47,728 bases of DNA from Anaerolineaceae bacterium (GCA_039680395.1 JBDKSY010000081.1:1-47728); one strand, 5' to 3'; shown: positions 1-8,384, counted from the first letter of the stretch. Notes: generated by a model not told the origin, from the sequence alone. Program-made: numbers and translations.

Positions 1-986
1 CTTGCTGATGGGCCCAAAATGGAAAGGCCAGGAATTTGCGCTACCTTTTCTATGGCATAGGTAATTAATTCTTCTTCAACTTTCGCAACATTTTGCATAC
101 CAATAGCAGTCAAATAATCAATGGCGGCTCCAAAACCAATGCCCTCAGCAATAGCAGGAGTGCCTGCTTCAAATTTATATGGTAATTCATTTGGAGTGAA
201 TGTGCGCAGTGCTACTTTACGGATCATATCTCCACCACCCATGAATGGTGGCATTTCTGCCAGGATCTTTTCTTTACCATATAAGAATCCAATTCCCGTC
301 GGTCCAACCATCTTATGAGCTGAAACTGCCATGAAATCAGCATCCAGATCTTTGACCGATACTGGAAAATGCGGAACGGATTGAGCGCCATCCACCAGGG
401 CTAAAGCCCCTGCTTGATGGGCCAACGCAATGATCTCTTTTGCTGGATTGATCGTTCCAAGTACATTGGACATTTGTGTGAATGCCACCAGTTTTGGCTG
501 CAATTCAAGTAGTTTACGGTAGCTCTGCAGATCCAACAAACCTTCATCAGTTACCGAAATGAACTCTAATCTGATATTCTTTTCAGCAGCCAGTATTTGC
601 CAGGGAACGAGGTTTGCGTGATGTTCCATCTCCGTCAAGATGACAACATCGCCTGCCATCAGGTTCTTTCTACCCCATGTATAGGCTACTAAATTGATAG
701 CTTCCGTTGCATTTCGTGTGAAAATGATCTCTCGCGTTGAAGCGGCATCAATGAATTTTCTGACTTTCTCACGAGAAATTTCATATGCCTGTGTAGCTTC
801 TTCTGCCAGTGTATGAATGCCACGATGAATATTGGCATTCATCGTTCGATAATAATCATCCATCGCCAGAATTACTGACGCAGGTTTTTGAGAGGTGGCA
901 GCAGAGTCAAGGTACACCAGTTTTACCCCTGGTTTTACCTCTCGGGTTAAAATCGGGAAATCAACTCTATAAGGGTTCACAGGCAC
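1..986 (-). CDS. sufS: Cysteine desulfurase SufS (PLP-dependent); C-terminus cut by the window edge
   Basis: Open minus-strand frame running off position 1, so it is not in the ORF track. My translation reads VPVNPYRVDFPILTREVKPGVKLVYLDSAATSQKP..NIHRGIHTLAEEAT..TEMEHHANLVPWQ..FMAVSAHKMVGPTGIGFLYGK..YKFEAGTPAIAEGIG, which are typical SufS/CsdA motifs including the SAHK PLP-lysine. It is the last gene of the suf operon. The start is GTG 986 or, more likely, GTG 980 (AGGTG 5 nt upstream). Confidence 0.9.
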   Translation of the reverse strand, partial: MPVNPYRVDFPILTREVKPGVKLVYLDSAATSQKPASVILAMDDYYRTMNANIHRGIHTLAEEATQAYEISREKVRKFIDAASTREIIFTRNATEAINLVAYTWGRKNLMAGDVVILTEMEHHANLVPWQILAAEKNIRLEFISVTDEGLLDLQSYRKLLELQPKLVAFTQMSNVLGTINPAKEIIALAHQAGALALVDGAQSVPHFPVSVKDLDADFMAVSAHKMVGPTGIGFLYGKEKILAEMPPFMGGGDMIRKVALRTFTPNELPYKFEAGTPAIAEGIGFGAAIDYLTAIGMQNVAKVEEELITYAIEKVAQIPGLSILGPSA

Positions 987-996
987 ACCTTTTTCT

Positions 997-1302
997 TTAT
1001 TCTGCTTGAGGTAAATCTTTTTTTACAGCCCGTTTCTGGGGATAACGGATATGTTGCGAATTCGCTGGATACCATAAGATATGATCTGGAACCATCCAAC
1101 CATCCGTTAAAAAGACATCCGTTCTGAATTGTACTGCGACCATTTTTGAGTCAACCTGAACAACTATACCCTTCAACCAACCTCGTATTCTCTCGCCATC
1201 TTTTTCGTGATCACAAAAAACTTCAACAATATCCCCTACATCAAATGTTAATCCTGGATCAGGAGCTCGCATAAAAGAAATGGATGACATTCCACTCTCC
1301 AT
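997..1302 (-). CDS. Small hypothetical protein with a Tudor/Agenet/SH3-like sequence pattern, embedded in the suf operon
   Basis: 101-aa ORF, or 97 aa from ATG 1290, which has GGAG upstream. It is tightly packed between the sufD stop (1328) and the sufS start (986/980). The pattern FDVGDIVEVF..GWLKGIVVQVDSKMVAVQF..HILWYP resembles Tudor/Agenet barrels. There is no Rieske, SufU, SufA or SufE motif. The fold guess is by eye only. Confidence 0.6.
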   Translation of the reverse strand: MESGMSSISFMRAPDPGLTFDVGDIVEVFCDHEKDGERIRGWLKGIVVQVDSKMVAVQFRTDVFLTDGWMVPDHILWYPANSQHIRYPQKRAVKKDLPQAE

Positions 1303-1327
1303 ATTAAAAATTAATCATATAAGTATA

Positions 1328-2683
1328 TCATATTATAGACTTCATCTTCTTTTGTATTGCAGTATGAAATCTATTTCTCACCCCTTCAAAAGGGATCCGT
1401 TCCATAATGGGGTCAAAAAATCCTTCGACAATCAACTTCTCGGCTTCCTTTTGAGGGATACCTCGGCTGACAAGATAAAAAAGCAGATCTGGATCAATCT
1501 TCCCAATTGTTGCACCATGAGTGCATCGCACATCATCAGCCAGGATTTCCAATCCAGGGATCGAATCCGCCCGAGCGTTCCTGCTGAGTATTAGATTTCG
1601 ATTTGCCTGATATCCATCGGTTTTTATTGCTTCTGGCGCTACATAGATCATTCCTTGCCAGACTGAACGACTTTCATCCAACAGTGCGCCTTTAAAAAGC
1701 AGGTCACTGGTAGTATTTGGTGCCAAATGGTTTTGCTGGGTATCATGGTCAAGGTGCTGATGATTATTTGTGAAGTAAAATCCAGACATTTTTCCTTCTG
1801 AACCCTGTCCATGCAAAGTAATCTCAGAGAAATTCTTTGTCAGTCGGCTGCCTATTGAGCCAAATATCCAATCCACACTCCCATCTTTCTCTACAATCGC
1901 ACGTTCATGCGTAAAGTTCCAAACATTTTGGCCCCAGGATTGCAGCTCAACAAATCTCAAATGAGCACCAGGTTGAATCAATAATTCAACATTTCCTGCA
2001 TGAAATAATTGACCTTCAGTATCATCAGGTGATGCCGATTCATGAACATAAGTTACACTGGCGCCTTCATCCAGGTAAACCAGGATATGACTGATATACG
2101 CAAGATCAATTCCCTGACCCCATAACAGGCTGTGCAGGGGCGCTTCTATCTTCACATTTTTTGGCACAAACAAAAATACACCCTGCCTGGCAAATGCGCC
2201 TGCCAGAGCAGCAAATTTTCCTTCTTGTGGCGAGACTACTTTACCAAGTACTTTTACCAGTAACTCTGGGTATTTTCGCTCTGCAGAGTGCAGATCAGTA
2301 AAAATTACTCCTTTTGAAGATAGTTCTTCACTGAGAACTGCTTTTGTGGTTTCTGCATTCTGGATTAGCTGTCCACCATGAGATTTCCCGGCTAAAGGTT
2401 TTAATAAAGTAGATGGGATTCTTTCCTGTCTGGAATATCCATCCATGCCGGCTAAATGGAACATGTCAGAACGCAACTCATGAACATCGGTTCTGCGCCA
2501 TGCTTCATCTTTTATTGTGGGCATTGGAGTATTCTGAAATGCTTCCCATGATTTTCTTCGGTAATCGCAAATCGCGTCATCCTGGCAAAATCCCGGCATC
2601 ATCTCGCCAGTAAAGCAGAATTCCGGCGCAATGGATGACTCGACTCGACGTTTTCGGGTAATAATGGTGGGTGCTTCTTGCAT
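1328..2683 (-). CDS. sufD: Fe-S cluster assembly protein SufD
   Basis: 451-aa ORF with a SufBD-type C-terminal region (QANRNLILSRNARADSIPGLEILADDVRCTHGATIGKIDPDLLFYLVSRGI). It sits between sufB and sufS. Confidence 0.9.
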   Translation of the reverse strand: MQEAPTIITRKRRVESSIAPEFCFTGEMMPGFCQDDAICDYRRKSWEAFQNTPMPTIKDEAWRRTDVHELRSDMFHLAGMDGYSRQERIPSTLLKPLAGKSHGGQLIQNAETTKAVLSEELSSKGVIFTDLHSAERKYPELLVKVLGKVVSPQEGKFAALAGAFARQGVFLFVPKNVKIEAPLHSLLWGQGIDLAYISHILVYLDEGASVTYVHESASPDDTEGQLFHAGNVELLIQPGAHLRFVELQSWGQNVWNFTHERAIVEKDGSVDWIFGSIGSRLTKNFSEITLHGQGSEGKMSGFYFTNNHQHLDHDTQQNHLAPNTTSDLLFKGALLDESRSVWQGMIYVAPEAIKTDGYQANRNLILSRNARADSIPGLEILADDVRCTHGATIGKIDPDLLFYLVSRGIPQKEAEKLIVEGFFDPIMERIPFEGVRNRFHTAIQKKMKSII

Positions 2684-2698
2684 TCTCTTATCTCATTT

Positions 2699-4111
2699 CT
2701 ATCCGACTGAACCAGCCATTTGTAGCTGGACCAACCGGTTCATCTCAACAGCATATTCCATAGGAAGCTCTTTTACCAATGGCTCGATGAAACCTGAAAC
2801 GATCATCGATGTGGCTTCTTCTTCGCTTAATCCTCGGCTTTTCAGGTAGAACAACTGCTCTTCACCAACTTTTGATACCGATGCTTCGTGCCCAATGGAC
2901 ACATCTTCTTCATCGATCTCCATGGTTGGATAAGTGTCTGAGCGAGCTTGTCGATCCAACAGAAGTGCATCACACACCGTATTCGATTTCACCCGTTCAG
3001 CTCCATCAATCACTTTCACCAATCCCCGGTAAGACGACCTGCCATTACCTTTACTGATAGATTTCGAAGTTATCTTGCTGGTCGTATCCGCTGCAAAGTG
3101 GAGCATTTTTCCACCTGCGTCCTGGTGTTGTCCATTGCCGGCAAACGCCATCGAGAGGATTTCACCATGCGCCCCTTTCCCCATCAGATAACAGGAAGGA
3201 TATTTCATGGTGACTTTAGAGCCTATATTGGCGTCCACCCATTCCATGGTGGCATCTTCGTGCACCAGAGCACGCTGCGTTACCAGGTTATACACATTGG
3301 TAGACCAGTTTTGAATGGTTGAATAGCGCATGCGGGCGCCTTTTTTAACGATGATTTCGATCACGCCACTGTGGAATGAGTTCGTAGAGTATTGAGGTGC
3401 AGTACAACCTTCTACATAATGCACTTGTGCTCCTTCATCAACAATGATCAGTGACCGTTCAAATTGTCCAATATTGGCGACATTCAATCGGAAGTAAGCC
3501 TGTAAAGGAAGATCAACTTTCACCCCTTTTGGTACATACACAAAAGAACCACCAGACCACACAGCACTGTTTAATGCTGCGAATTTATTATCTTCAATTG
3601 GCACGACAGTACCAAAATACTCTTTAAACAGATCAGGATGTTGCTGTAATCCATGCTCAATGCTCAAGAAAATCACACCCTGTGCAGCAAGATGCTCCTG
3701 GATGCTGTGATAAACCATTTCTGATTCATATTGCGCTCCAACACCAGCCAGGAATTTTTGTTCCGCCTCAGGAATACCCAGTTTATCAAAGGTGTTTTTT
3801 ATCGTTTCCGGGACATCGTCCCAATTTTTACTTTCAGCTTCTGTGGGCTTTACATAATAGTAAATATCATCCAGATCCAATTGCGAAAGATCAGCCCCCC
3901 ATGTGGGAATGGGTCTTGTTTGATAATGTTCGAGTGCCCGTAAACGAAAATCAAGCATCCATTGAGGTTCATGTTTCATGGCAGAGATCATCTCTACCAC
4001 CTGGCGATCCAACCCTTTACGAGATTTAAATACCGAAACATCTGGATCTATAAACCCATACTTATATTCACTGATCTTTTCCAGGAAATCTGCCTTCTGT
4101 TCGTTGCTCAT
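2699..4111 (-). CDS. sufB: Fe-S cluster assembly scaffold SufB
   Basis: 470-aa ORF. N-terminus has YKYGF. C-terminus reads [79 protein letters not shown], a classic SufB sequence. Confidence 0.95.
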   Translation of the reverse strand: MSNEQKADFLEKISEYKYGFIDPDVSVFKSRKGLDRQVVEMISAMKHEPQWMLDFRLRALEHYQTRPIPTWGADLSQLDLDDIYYYVKPTEAESKNWDDVPETIKNTFDKLGIPEAEQKFLAGVGAQYESEMVYHSIQEHLAAQGVIFLSIEHGLQQHPDLFKEYFGTVVPIEDNKFAALNSAVWSGGSFVYVPKGVKVDLPLQAYFRLNVANIGQFERSLIIVDEGAQVHYVEGCTAPQYSTNSFHSGVIEIIVKKGARMRYSTIQNWSTNVYNLVTQRALVHEDATMEWVDANIGSKVTMKYPSCYLMGKGAHGEILSMAFAGNGQHQDAGGKMLHFAADTTSKITSKSISKGNGRSSYRGLVKVIDGAERVKSNTVCDALLLDRQARSDTYPTMEIDEEDVSIGHEASVSKVGEEQLFYLKSRGLSEEEATSMIVSGFIEPLVKELPMEYAVEMNRLVQLQMAGSVG

Positions 4112-4136
4112 AACAACCTCCGCGGTACCTCTAAAA

Positions 4137-4913
4137 TCAGGCAGTTACCCCGTTCATATATTTTTCTCGCACCCAATCATACCCACGTTCTTCCAGATGC
4201 AGAGCCAGTTCAGCATCACCTGATTCAACGATCCTTCCATCCAGCATAACATGCACAAAATCGGGTTTGATGTAATTGAGAATTCTCTGATAATGAGTGA
4301 TCAACAAGATTCCCAGGTCGGATCCACTCAAAGTATTGATCCCCTCAGAGACTATACGCAATGCATCAATATCCAATCCAGAATCGGTCTCGTCAAGGAT
4401 GGCAATTTCAGGTTTTAAGATTGCCATTTGCAATACTTCAGCTCGTTTTTTCTCGCCACCTGAAAATCCCTCATTGAGATACCTTCCCGCAAATACCGGA
4501 TCCATTTTTAGCAATTCCATTTTTTCTCGTAGAATCTTTCGAAATTCCACGATCGGTACACCTTTGTCTTCTGGATTGGCAGCTTTCCTTCTTGCATTCA
4601 CTGCAGTGCGAAGAAAATTGGCAACAGTAACCCCTGGAATCGAAACCGGATATTGAAAAGCCAGGAACATACCCATTCTTGAGCGTTCATCTGCGCCTTT
4701 ATCCAAAATGCTTATTCCGTTAAGGAAGATATCACCGCCAGTGATCGTATATGCAGGATGTCCCATCAGCGCGTTTGCCAAAGTGGATTTGCCCGTTCCA
4801 TTAGGCCCCATGATGGCATGGACTTCACCCTTTTGTACAACCAGATTGACGCCTTTCAATATCTCTTTCTCGCCAATATTCACATGCAAGTCGTATATTT
4901 CCAATCCTGACAT
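4137..4913 (-). CDS. sufC: Fe-S cluster assembly ATPase SufC
   Basis: 258 aa with Walker [13 protein letters not shown] signature FSGGEKKR and Walker [11 protein letters not shown]. First gene of the operon. Confidence 0.95.
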   Translation of the reverse strand: MSGLEIYDLHVNIGEKEILKGVNLVVQKGEVHAIMGPNGTGKSTLANALMGHPAYTITGGDIFLNGISILDKGADERSRMGMFLAFQYPVSIPGVTVANFLRTAVNARRKAANPEDKGVPIVEFRKILREKMELLKMDPVFAGRYLNEGFSGGEKKRAEVLQMAILKPEIAILDETDSGLDIDALRIVSEGINTLSGSDLGILLITHYQRILNYIKPDFVHVMLDGRIVESGDAELALHLEERGYDWVREKYMNGVTA

Positions 4914-4931
4914 TCGAAAACTCCTGTTAAT

Positions 4932-4946
4932 CGCAGATAATCTGCG
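4932..4946. promoter_or_regulatory. Perfect 7-1-7 palindrome CGCAGAT-A-ATCTGCG in the sufC 5' leader (candidate operator or RNA hairpin)
   Basis: Read directly. cgcagat (4932-4938) is the reverse complement of atctgcg (4940-4946). It lies between the predicted sufC -10 element and the sufC SD/ATG (4913). Confidence 0.4.
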
Positions 4947-4970
4947 TAATCATTTTTCTTTTTCGGCAAA

Positions 4971-4999
4971 ATTATAGCACACGCAATTAATAAGGTCAA
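4971..4999 (-). promoter_or_regulatory. Predicted sigma70-type promoter of sufCBD-x-S
   Basis: The minus strand reads TTGACC (4999..4994), a 17-nt spacer, then TGcTATAAT (4979..4971), i.e. an extended -10. It lies about 58 nt upstream of the sufC ATG. Confidence 0.6.
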
Positions 5000-5023
5000 T
5001 ATTTATGATATTATTCTAATATA

Positions 5024-5052
5024 TTGACAATAATTCACTCCTTGGTTATACT
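5024..5052 (+). promoter_or_regulatory. Predicted sigma70-type promoter of the sufR-DUF59 operon
   Basis: TTGACA (5024-5029), a 17-nt spacer, then TATACT (5047-5052). The ATG is at 5064, so the leader would be very short. Confidence 0.6.
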
Positions 5053-5063
5053 CCGTATCAGGT

Positions 5064-5717
5064 ATGAAAATGAAAAGTACTCGAGAGCGGATTATGCAAT
5101 CCTTATTAGAACATTCTCGCACTTCTATTGCCGAATTAGCACAGGAAGCGGGGATCAATACCATTTCTGTTCGACACCATCTGGATGCCCTTCAGTCAGA
5201 AGGTATGGTAAACGCTGAAGAAGAACGGCATGGTGTTGGTCGTCCAAGATTGGTTTATTTTCTCACTGAAAAAGGACAAGAACACTTCCCAACTCGATAT
5301 TTTCGTCTGACCAATCAACTTATCGACCAAATGAAACAAGTACTGCCTGTTGAAACCATTCAACAGATATTTGCAGGGTTGGCTAATGATATCTCTTCTG
5401 AACAAGGGAAACGAGCTTCCGCTCGACCTCTCGAAGAAAAGTTGAATATATTAAAAGAATTGCTTGCAAGAGAAGGTTTTATTGTGGAATGGGATAAAGA
5501 CGAAGATAGTTATCATCTTCGCGAAATCTCCTGTCCATACATGCATATTGGTCAGAATCACCCAGAAGTATGCACCCTTGATCAAACGATCATTGCGAAC
5601 ATCCTTAATGTTCCTGCACAGAAGATCACCTGCGTACTGAGTGGAGATAATCTCTGTACCTATGTGATTCCTCGCAACTCAATGGAGACAGAAAATGACC
5701 GAACAACCCGGCAGTAA
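5064..5717 (+). CDS. sufR: SufR-type winged-helix (ArsR/DeoR-like) Fe-S regulator
   Basis: 217 aa. N-terminal HTH: RERIMQSLLEHSRTSIAELAQEAGINTISVRHHLDALQSEGMV..GVGRPRLVYFLTEKGQEHFPTRY. The C-terminal region has four Cys (C-x12-C-x19-C-x7-C) that could bind a cluster. It is divergent from sufCBDS, as cyanobacterial and actinobacterial sufR genes are. Confidence 0.8.
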   Translation: MKMKSTRERIMQSLLEHSRTSIAELAQEAGINTISVRHHLDALQSEGMVNAEEERHGVGRPRLVYFLTEKGQEHFPTRYFRLTNQLIDQMKQVLPVETIQQIFAGLANDISSEQGKRASARPLEEKLNILKELLAREGFIVEWDKDEDSYHLREISCPYMHIGQNHPEVCTLDQTIIANILNVPAQKITCVLSGDNLCTYVIPRNSMETENDRTTRQ

Positions 5718-6042
5718 TCAAGCCCATTGGCAATCTGAGCAAACTGACCCAGAACTAACCGGTAAATTGCGAGAAGGTTTACGCGAAATAACAGATCCTG
5801 AAATTGGTTTGGATATCATTCAGCTTGGTTTGATTCGAGATGTAAAGATTGAACCTGATTTCGCCCTCATAAAAATGATCTTAACCACTATTTACTGCCC
5901 TTATGGTCCTGCCATGATGGAAAAAACACGAGAAAAAGCCGAGCAAGTTTTAGAAAGACCTACCCGGCTTGAATTAGGGATGGAAATGTGGGATTACTCA
6001 ATGATGGAAGATGGCGCTGCTGAAAATTGGGGTTGGTTCTAA
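5695..6042 (+). CDS. DUF59/MIP18-family (SufT-like) Fe-S assembly protein
   Basis: 115 aa. Contains ITDPEIGLDIIQLGLIRDV and the TTIYCPYG motif typical of DUF59 (conserved Cys). Overlaps the sufR 3' end by 23 nt. Confidence 0.8.
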   Translation: MTEQPGSNQAHWQSEQTDPELTGKLREGLREITDPEIGLDIIQLGLIRDVKIEPDFALIKMILTTIYCPYGPAMMEKTREKAEQVLERPTRLELGMEMWDYSMMEDGAAENWGWF

Positions 6043-6046
6043 TTTC

Positions 6047-6376
6047 CTAACCCAATTTAAATAAATTCAACAACTTCATAGCAAATGGCATATTTCCACC
6101 AACTTTGATCCTACCCTGCATAAATGCAGTGGCTGGATCCAATTTTCCCGTAAAAATCCGTATGCAATCTTGTGTATTTGCAGTGAGCGTTACTGTTGGA
6201 TTTGGTTGAGCACCTTCTCTTACTTTGCATTGCTTATCCTTGATTTCTACCGTCCATGACCGTACTTCTTTATCTTTCAAATCGAACTGAACTCTGGCGT
6301 CAATACCTTCAGATTTTTCAGGTTGAAAAGCAGTTGGAATGAATTGAAAAAATTGCTCAACATTTAATTCTGTCAT
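6047..6376 (-). CDS. SCP2 sterol-binding-domain protein
   Basis: 109 aa. The C-terminal half reads GKLDPATAFMQGRIKVGGNMPFAMKLLNLF, the SCP2 signature. GGAGG lies upstream of the ATG. Confidence 0.8.
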   Translation of the reverse strand: MTELNVEQFFQFIPTAFQPEKSEGIDARVQFDLKDKEVRSWTVEIKDKQCKVREGAQPNPTVTLTANTQDCIRIFTGKLDPATAFMQGRIKVGGNMPFAMKLLNLFKLG

Positions 6377-6413
6377 GATGGTTTCCTCCGTCCATTAGTA
6401 TAACGACAAATGG

Positions 6414-6445
6414 AACGGGCTGCCAGTGCAGCCCGTTTTCTTTAT
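6414..6445. terminator. GC-rich hairpin between the peroxiredoxin and SCP2 genes (intrinsic terminator, possibly bidirectional)
   Basis: 10-bp stem AACGGGCTGC / GCAGCCCGTT with loop CAGT (6414-6437). The plus strand continues TTCTTTAT. On the minus strand an A-tract precedes the stem and CCATTTGT follows it. The hairpin lies 31 nt downstream of the prx stop. Confidence 0.55.
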
Positions 6446-6467
6446 ATCTAAGAGTTATATATAGATT

Positions 6468-7181
6468 CTAAAAAGCTTTATCAGTAGTCCATTCTTTCCA
6501 GACTTTACCAACCAGAGCTGGGCTGGGTTTCAATGTGGGTTTGCCTGGTATCCAACCAGAAGGTGTCACTTCGCCGGTGGCTCGAACATGCTGAAATGCT
6601 TTTACCTGGCGTAATAATTCATTGACATTTCTACCAACTTCAGGAGTTAACACTTCCATTGCACGAATGACAAAATCCGGGTCAATAATGAACCGACCTC
6701 GAATATCCACTCCAGCTTCTTCATCGTACACACCATAGATTTCACCTACCCTGCCACCCCCATCAGACAGCATGGGGTATGGAATACCCCCCGGCACCAT
6801 CTTCGATAGTTCTTCTTCGTGCCAGATCTTATGGGAAAATCTGCTATCAACACTTATCGCAAAAACTTCAACCCCCAGTGCTTTTAGTTCACTATATTTG
6901 ACGGCAACTGCCGATAATTCTGTTGGTCAGACAAATGTAAAGTCACCTGGATAGAAACAAATAACGATCCATTTTCCTTTGTAATCGGATAATTTGATAT
7001 TTTTAAATCCGCCATCAAAATAAGCATTTAATTCAAAATCAGGAGCGGGTTTTCCTACCTTCGCAAGCATTTTTGATGCCTCCTTTTTTATTTCAGGAAG
7101 TAGACCTTCGGAGAGTTTTTCTCCTTCAGGGATAATTGGCCCTTGAGTTGGCTTTACGCAAGATAATTTTTGTTCAGTCAT
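6468..7181 (-). CDS. Peroxiredoxin (AhpC/Prx family) with an in-frame TGA at the peroxidatic Cys position; candidate selenoprotein
   Basis: Track ORFs 6927..7187 and 6468..6800 are in the same frame. Reading through gives ..[12 protein letters not shown](6929..6927)[51 protein letters not shown].., which is continuous Prx sequence with no other stop. There are two candidate starts, each with GGAGG: ATG 7181 (MTEQKLSC..) and ATG 7070 ([12 protein letters not shown].., giving typical Prx length). Confidence 0.8.
6902..6913 (-). other. Short hairpin downstream of the in-frame UGA (weak bacterial SECIS candidate)
   Basis: The minus-strand RNA has CGGC-AGUU-GCCG starting 14 nt after the UGA, with the loop G about 19 nt from the UGA. 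The stem is only 4 bp, so this is weak evidence. Confidence 0.3.
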
Positions 7182-7223
7182 GCACACCTCCTTATTCGTA
7201 TTTTGTACTGATAATTCCTACCT

Positions 7224-7238
7224 TGTATATAGTATACA
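7224..7238. promoter_or_regulatory. Palindrome TGTATA-TAG-TATACA upstream of the peroxiredoxin gene (candidate operator)
   Basis: Read directly: 6-bp arms around a 3-nt centre. It overlaps the predicted -10 of the prx promoter. Confidence 0.3.
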
Positions 7239-7259
7239 TCAAGTTTATTTTTTTGATAA
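7231..7259 (-). promoter_or_regulatory. Possible prx promoter
   Basis: The minus strand reads TTATCA (7259..7254), a 17-nt spacer, then TATACT (7236..7231). The hexamer matches are moderate. Confidence 0.35.
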
Positions 7260-7406
7260 TTCTGCATATTGAGTTGCCTCACCAGATGCATTTCTCCGAC
7301 CATCATTGCAGTTGATCTACCAGGGATATCATTTGTAGATCATTCATATACCTTCCCGCAAGTGGCATATAATTCATACAAGAAAGAATTTCCAGAGAGG
7401 TAGCTT

Positions 7407-8384
7407 ATGATACGTTCGATTTCTTTTTCCCAGGATGGTTCCATACAGGAAGGATTAACGATTCAACAGATGAAATCGGCGATAACCCAGGAAGAGAACC
7501 TGCTCTGGGTTCATCTTGCTAACCCGACACAAGAAGAGACAAAATCCATTCTCTCTGACCTGTTTTCTTTTCATCCTTTGACGATAGAAGATTGCCAGAG
7601 CCTGGGTTATCAACCCCCTAAAGTAGATGACTTCATCGAATACTTATTCATCATCATGCATGCTGTTCAGTCGGACCATGATTCTCAAAAAATGGATACG
7701 AACGAATTGAATATCTTCCTTGGAAGTAATTATTTAGTGACCTTTCATCAAGAAGATTCTTTGACATCCATAGAAAATATCTATGGCAGGTTAAAAAGGG
7801 ATTCCAGAATTCACCAGTTTGGAACTGATTTTTTGTGCCATGCCATTCTGGATGTTGTGGTAGATGAATATTTTCCAATTTTGGATGCTATGGATGAAGA
7901 AATCGAAGTATTGGAAGATAAAGTCCTTGAGACTCCCGAACCTGGCGTATTGGAACGGATCCTATTTCTTAAGCATAATGTGATGGAGCTTCGACGCATC
8001 GTAGCTCCTCAGCGTGATGTCATTAACCGTTTAAGCAGAGATGAATATCGCCAGATTGACCAGCAATCGAAGATTTATTTCCGAGATATCTATGATCATC
8101 TGGTGCGAATTCAGGATATGAGTGAATCCATCCGCGACCTGGTTTCAAGTGCTCTTGATATTTACCTTTCCTCTACCTCTCTCAAGTTGAATAACGTAAT
8201 GAAGGCTCTGACGATAGTTTCCACCATTTTCCTGCCCATTACCTTTCTGGCAGGTATTTATGGTATGAACTTTCATTACATGCCTGAACTTACCTGGCGA
8301 CTAGGTTATCCCATGGTTTGGCTCCTCTGTTTACTGATCATTACTTTCATGCTGCTGTTCTTTAAAAAACGGGGTTGGTTCTGA
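7407..8384 (+). CDS. corA: Magnesium/cobalt transporter CorA
   Basis: 325 aa with two C-terminal TM helices and the YGMNF motif (GIYGMNFHYMPEL). Confidence 0.95.
   Translation: MIRSISFSQDGSIQEGLTIQQMKSAITQEENLLWVHLANPTQEETKSILSDLFSFHPLTIEDCQSLGYQPPKVDDFIEYLFIIMHAVQSDHDSQKMDTNELNIFLGSNYLVTFHQEDSLTSIENIYGRLKRDSRIHQFGTDFLCHAILDVVVDEYFPILDAMDEEIEVLEDKVLETPEPGVLERILFLKHNVMELRRIVAPQRDVINRLSRDEYRQIDQQSKIYFRDIYDHLVRIQDMSESIRDLVSSALDIYLSSTSLKLNNVMKALTIVSTIFLPITFLAGIYGMNFHYMPELTWRLGYPMVWLLCLLIITFMLLFFKKRGWF

Noticed and set aside
2809-4249. Several plus-strand ORFs (82-124 aa) inside sufB.
   Set aside because: They are antisense shadows of a highly conserved gene, with no SD and biased composition. 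The same applies to the plus-strand ORFs inside sufC, sufD, sucCD, fni and the polyprenyl synthase gene.
6772-6954. Plus-strand 60-aa ORF covering the gap between the two Prx fragments.
   Set aside because: It is antisense to continuous Prx coding sequence. It has no SD and no recognisable motif, so it is a shadow ORF.
6468-7187. Reading the split peroxiredoxin as a pseudogene (two fragments of 86 and 110 aa).
   Set aside because: The only lesion is a single TGA, and it falls exactly on the catalytic Cys codon. The frame is otherwise intact across 720 nt, and the gap translates as conserved Prx sequence. Selenocysteine recoding explains this better. A pseudogene remains the fallback if the genome has no Sec machinery.
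7276-7283. GGTGAGGC (on the minus strand), reminiscent of the M-box Mg riboswitch core, upstream of corA.
   Set aside because: It is on the wrong strand for corA. None of the other conserved M-box segments or helices could be found around it.
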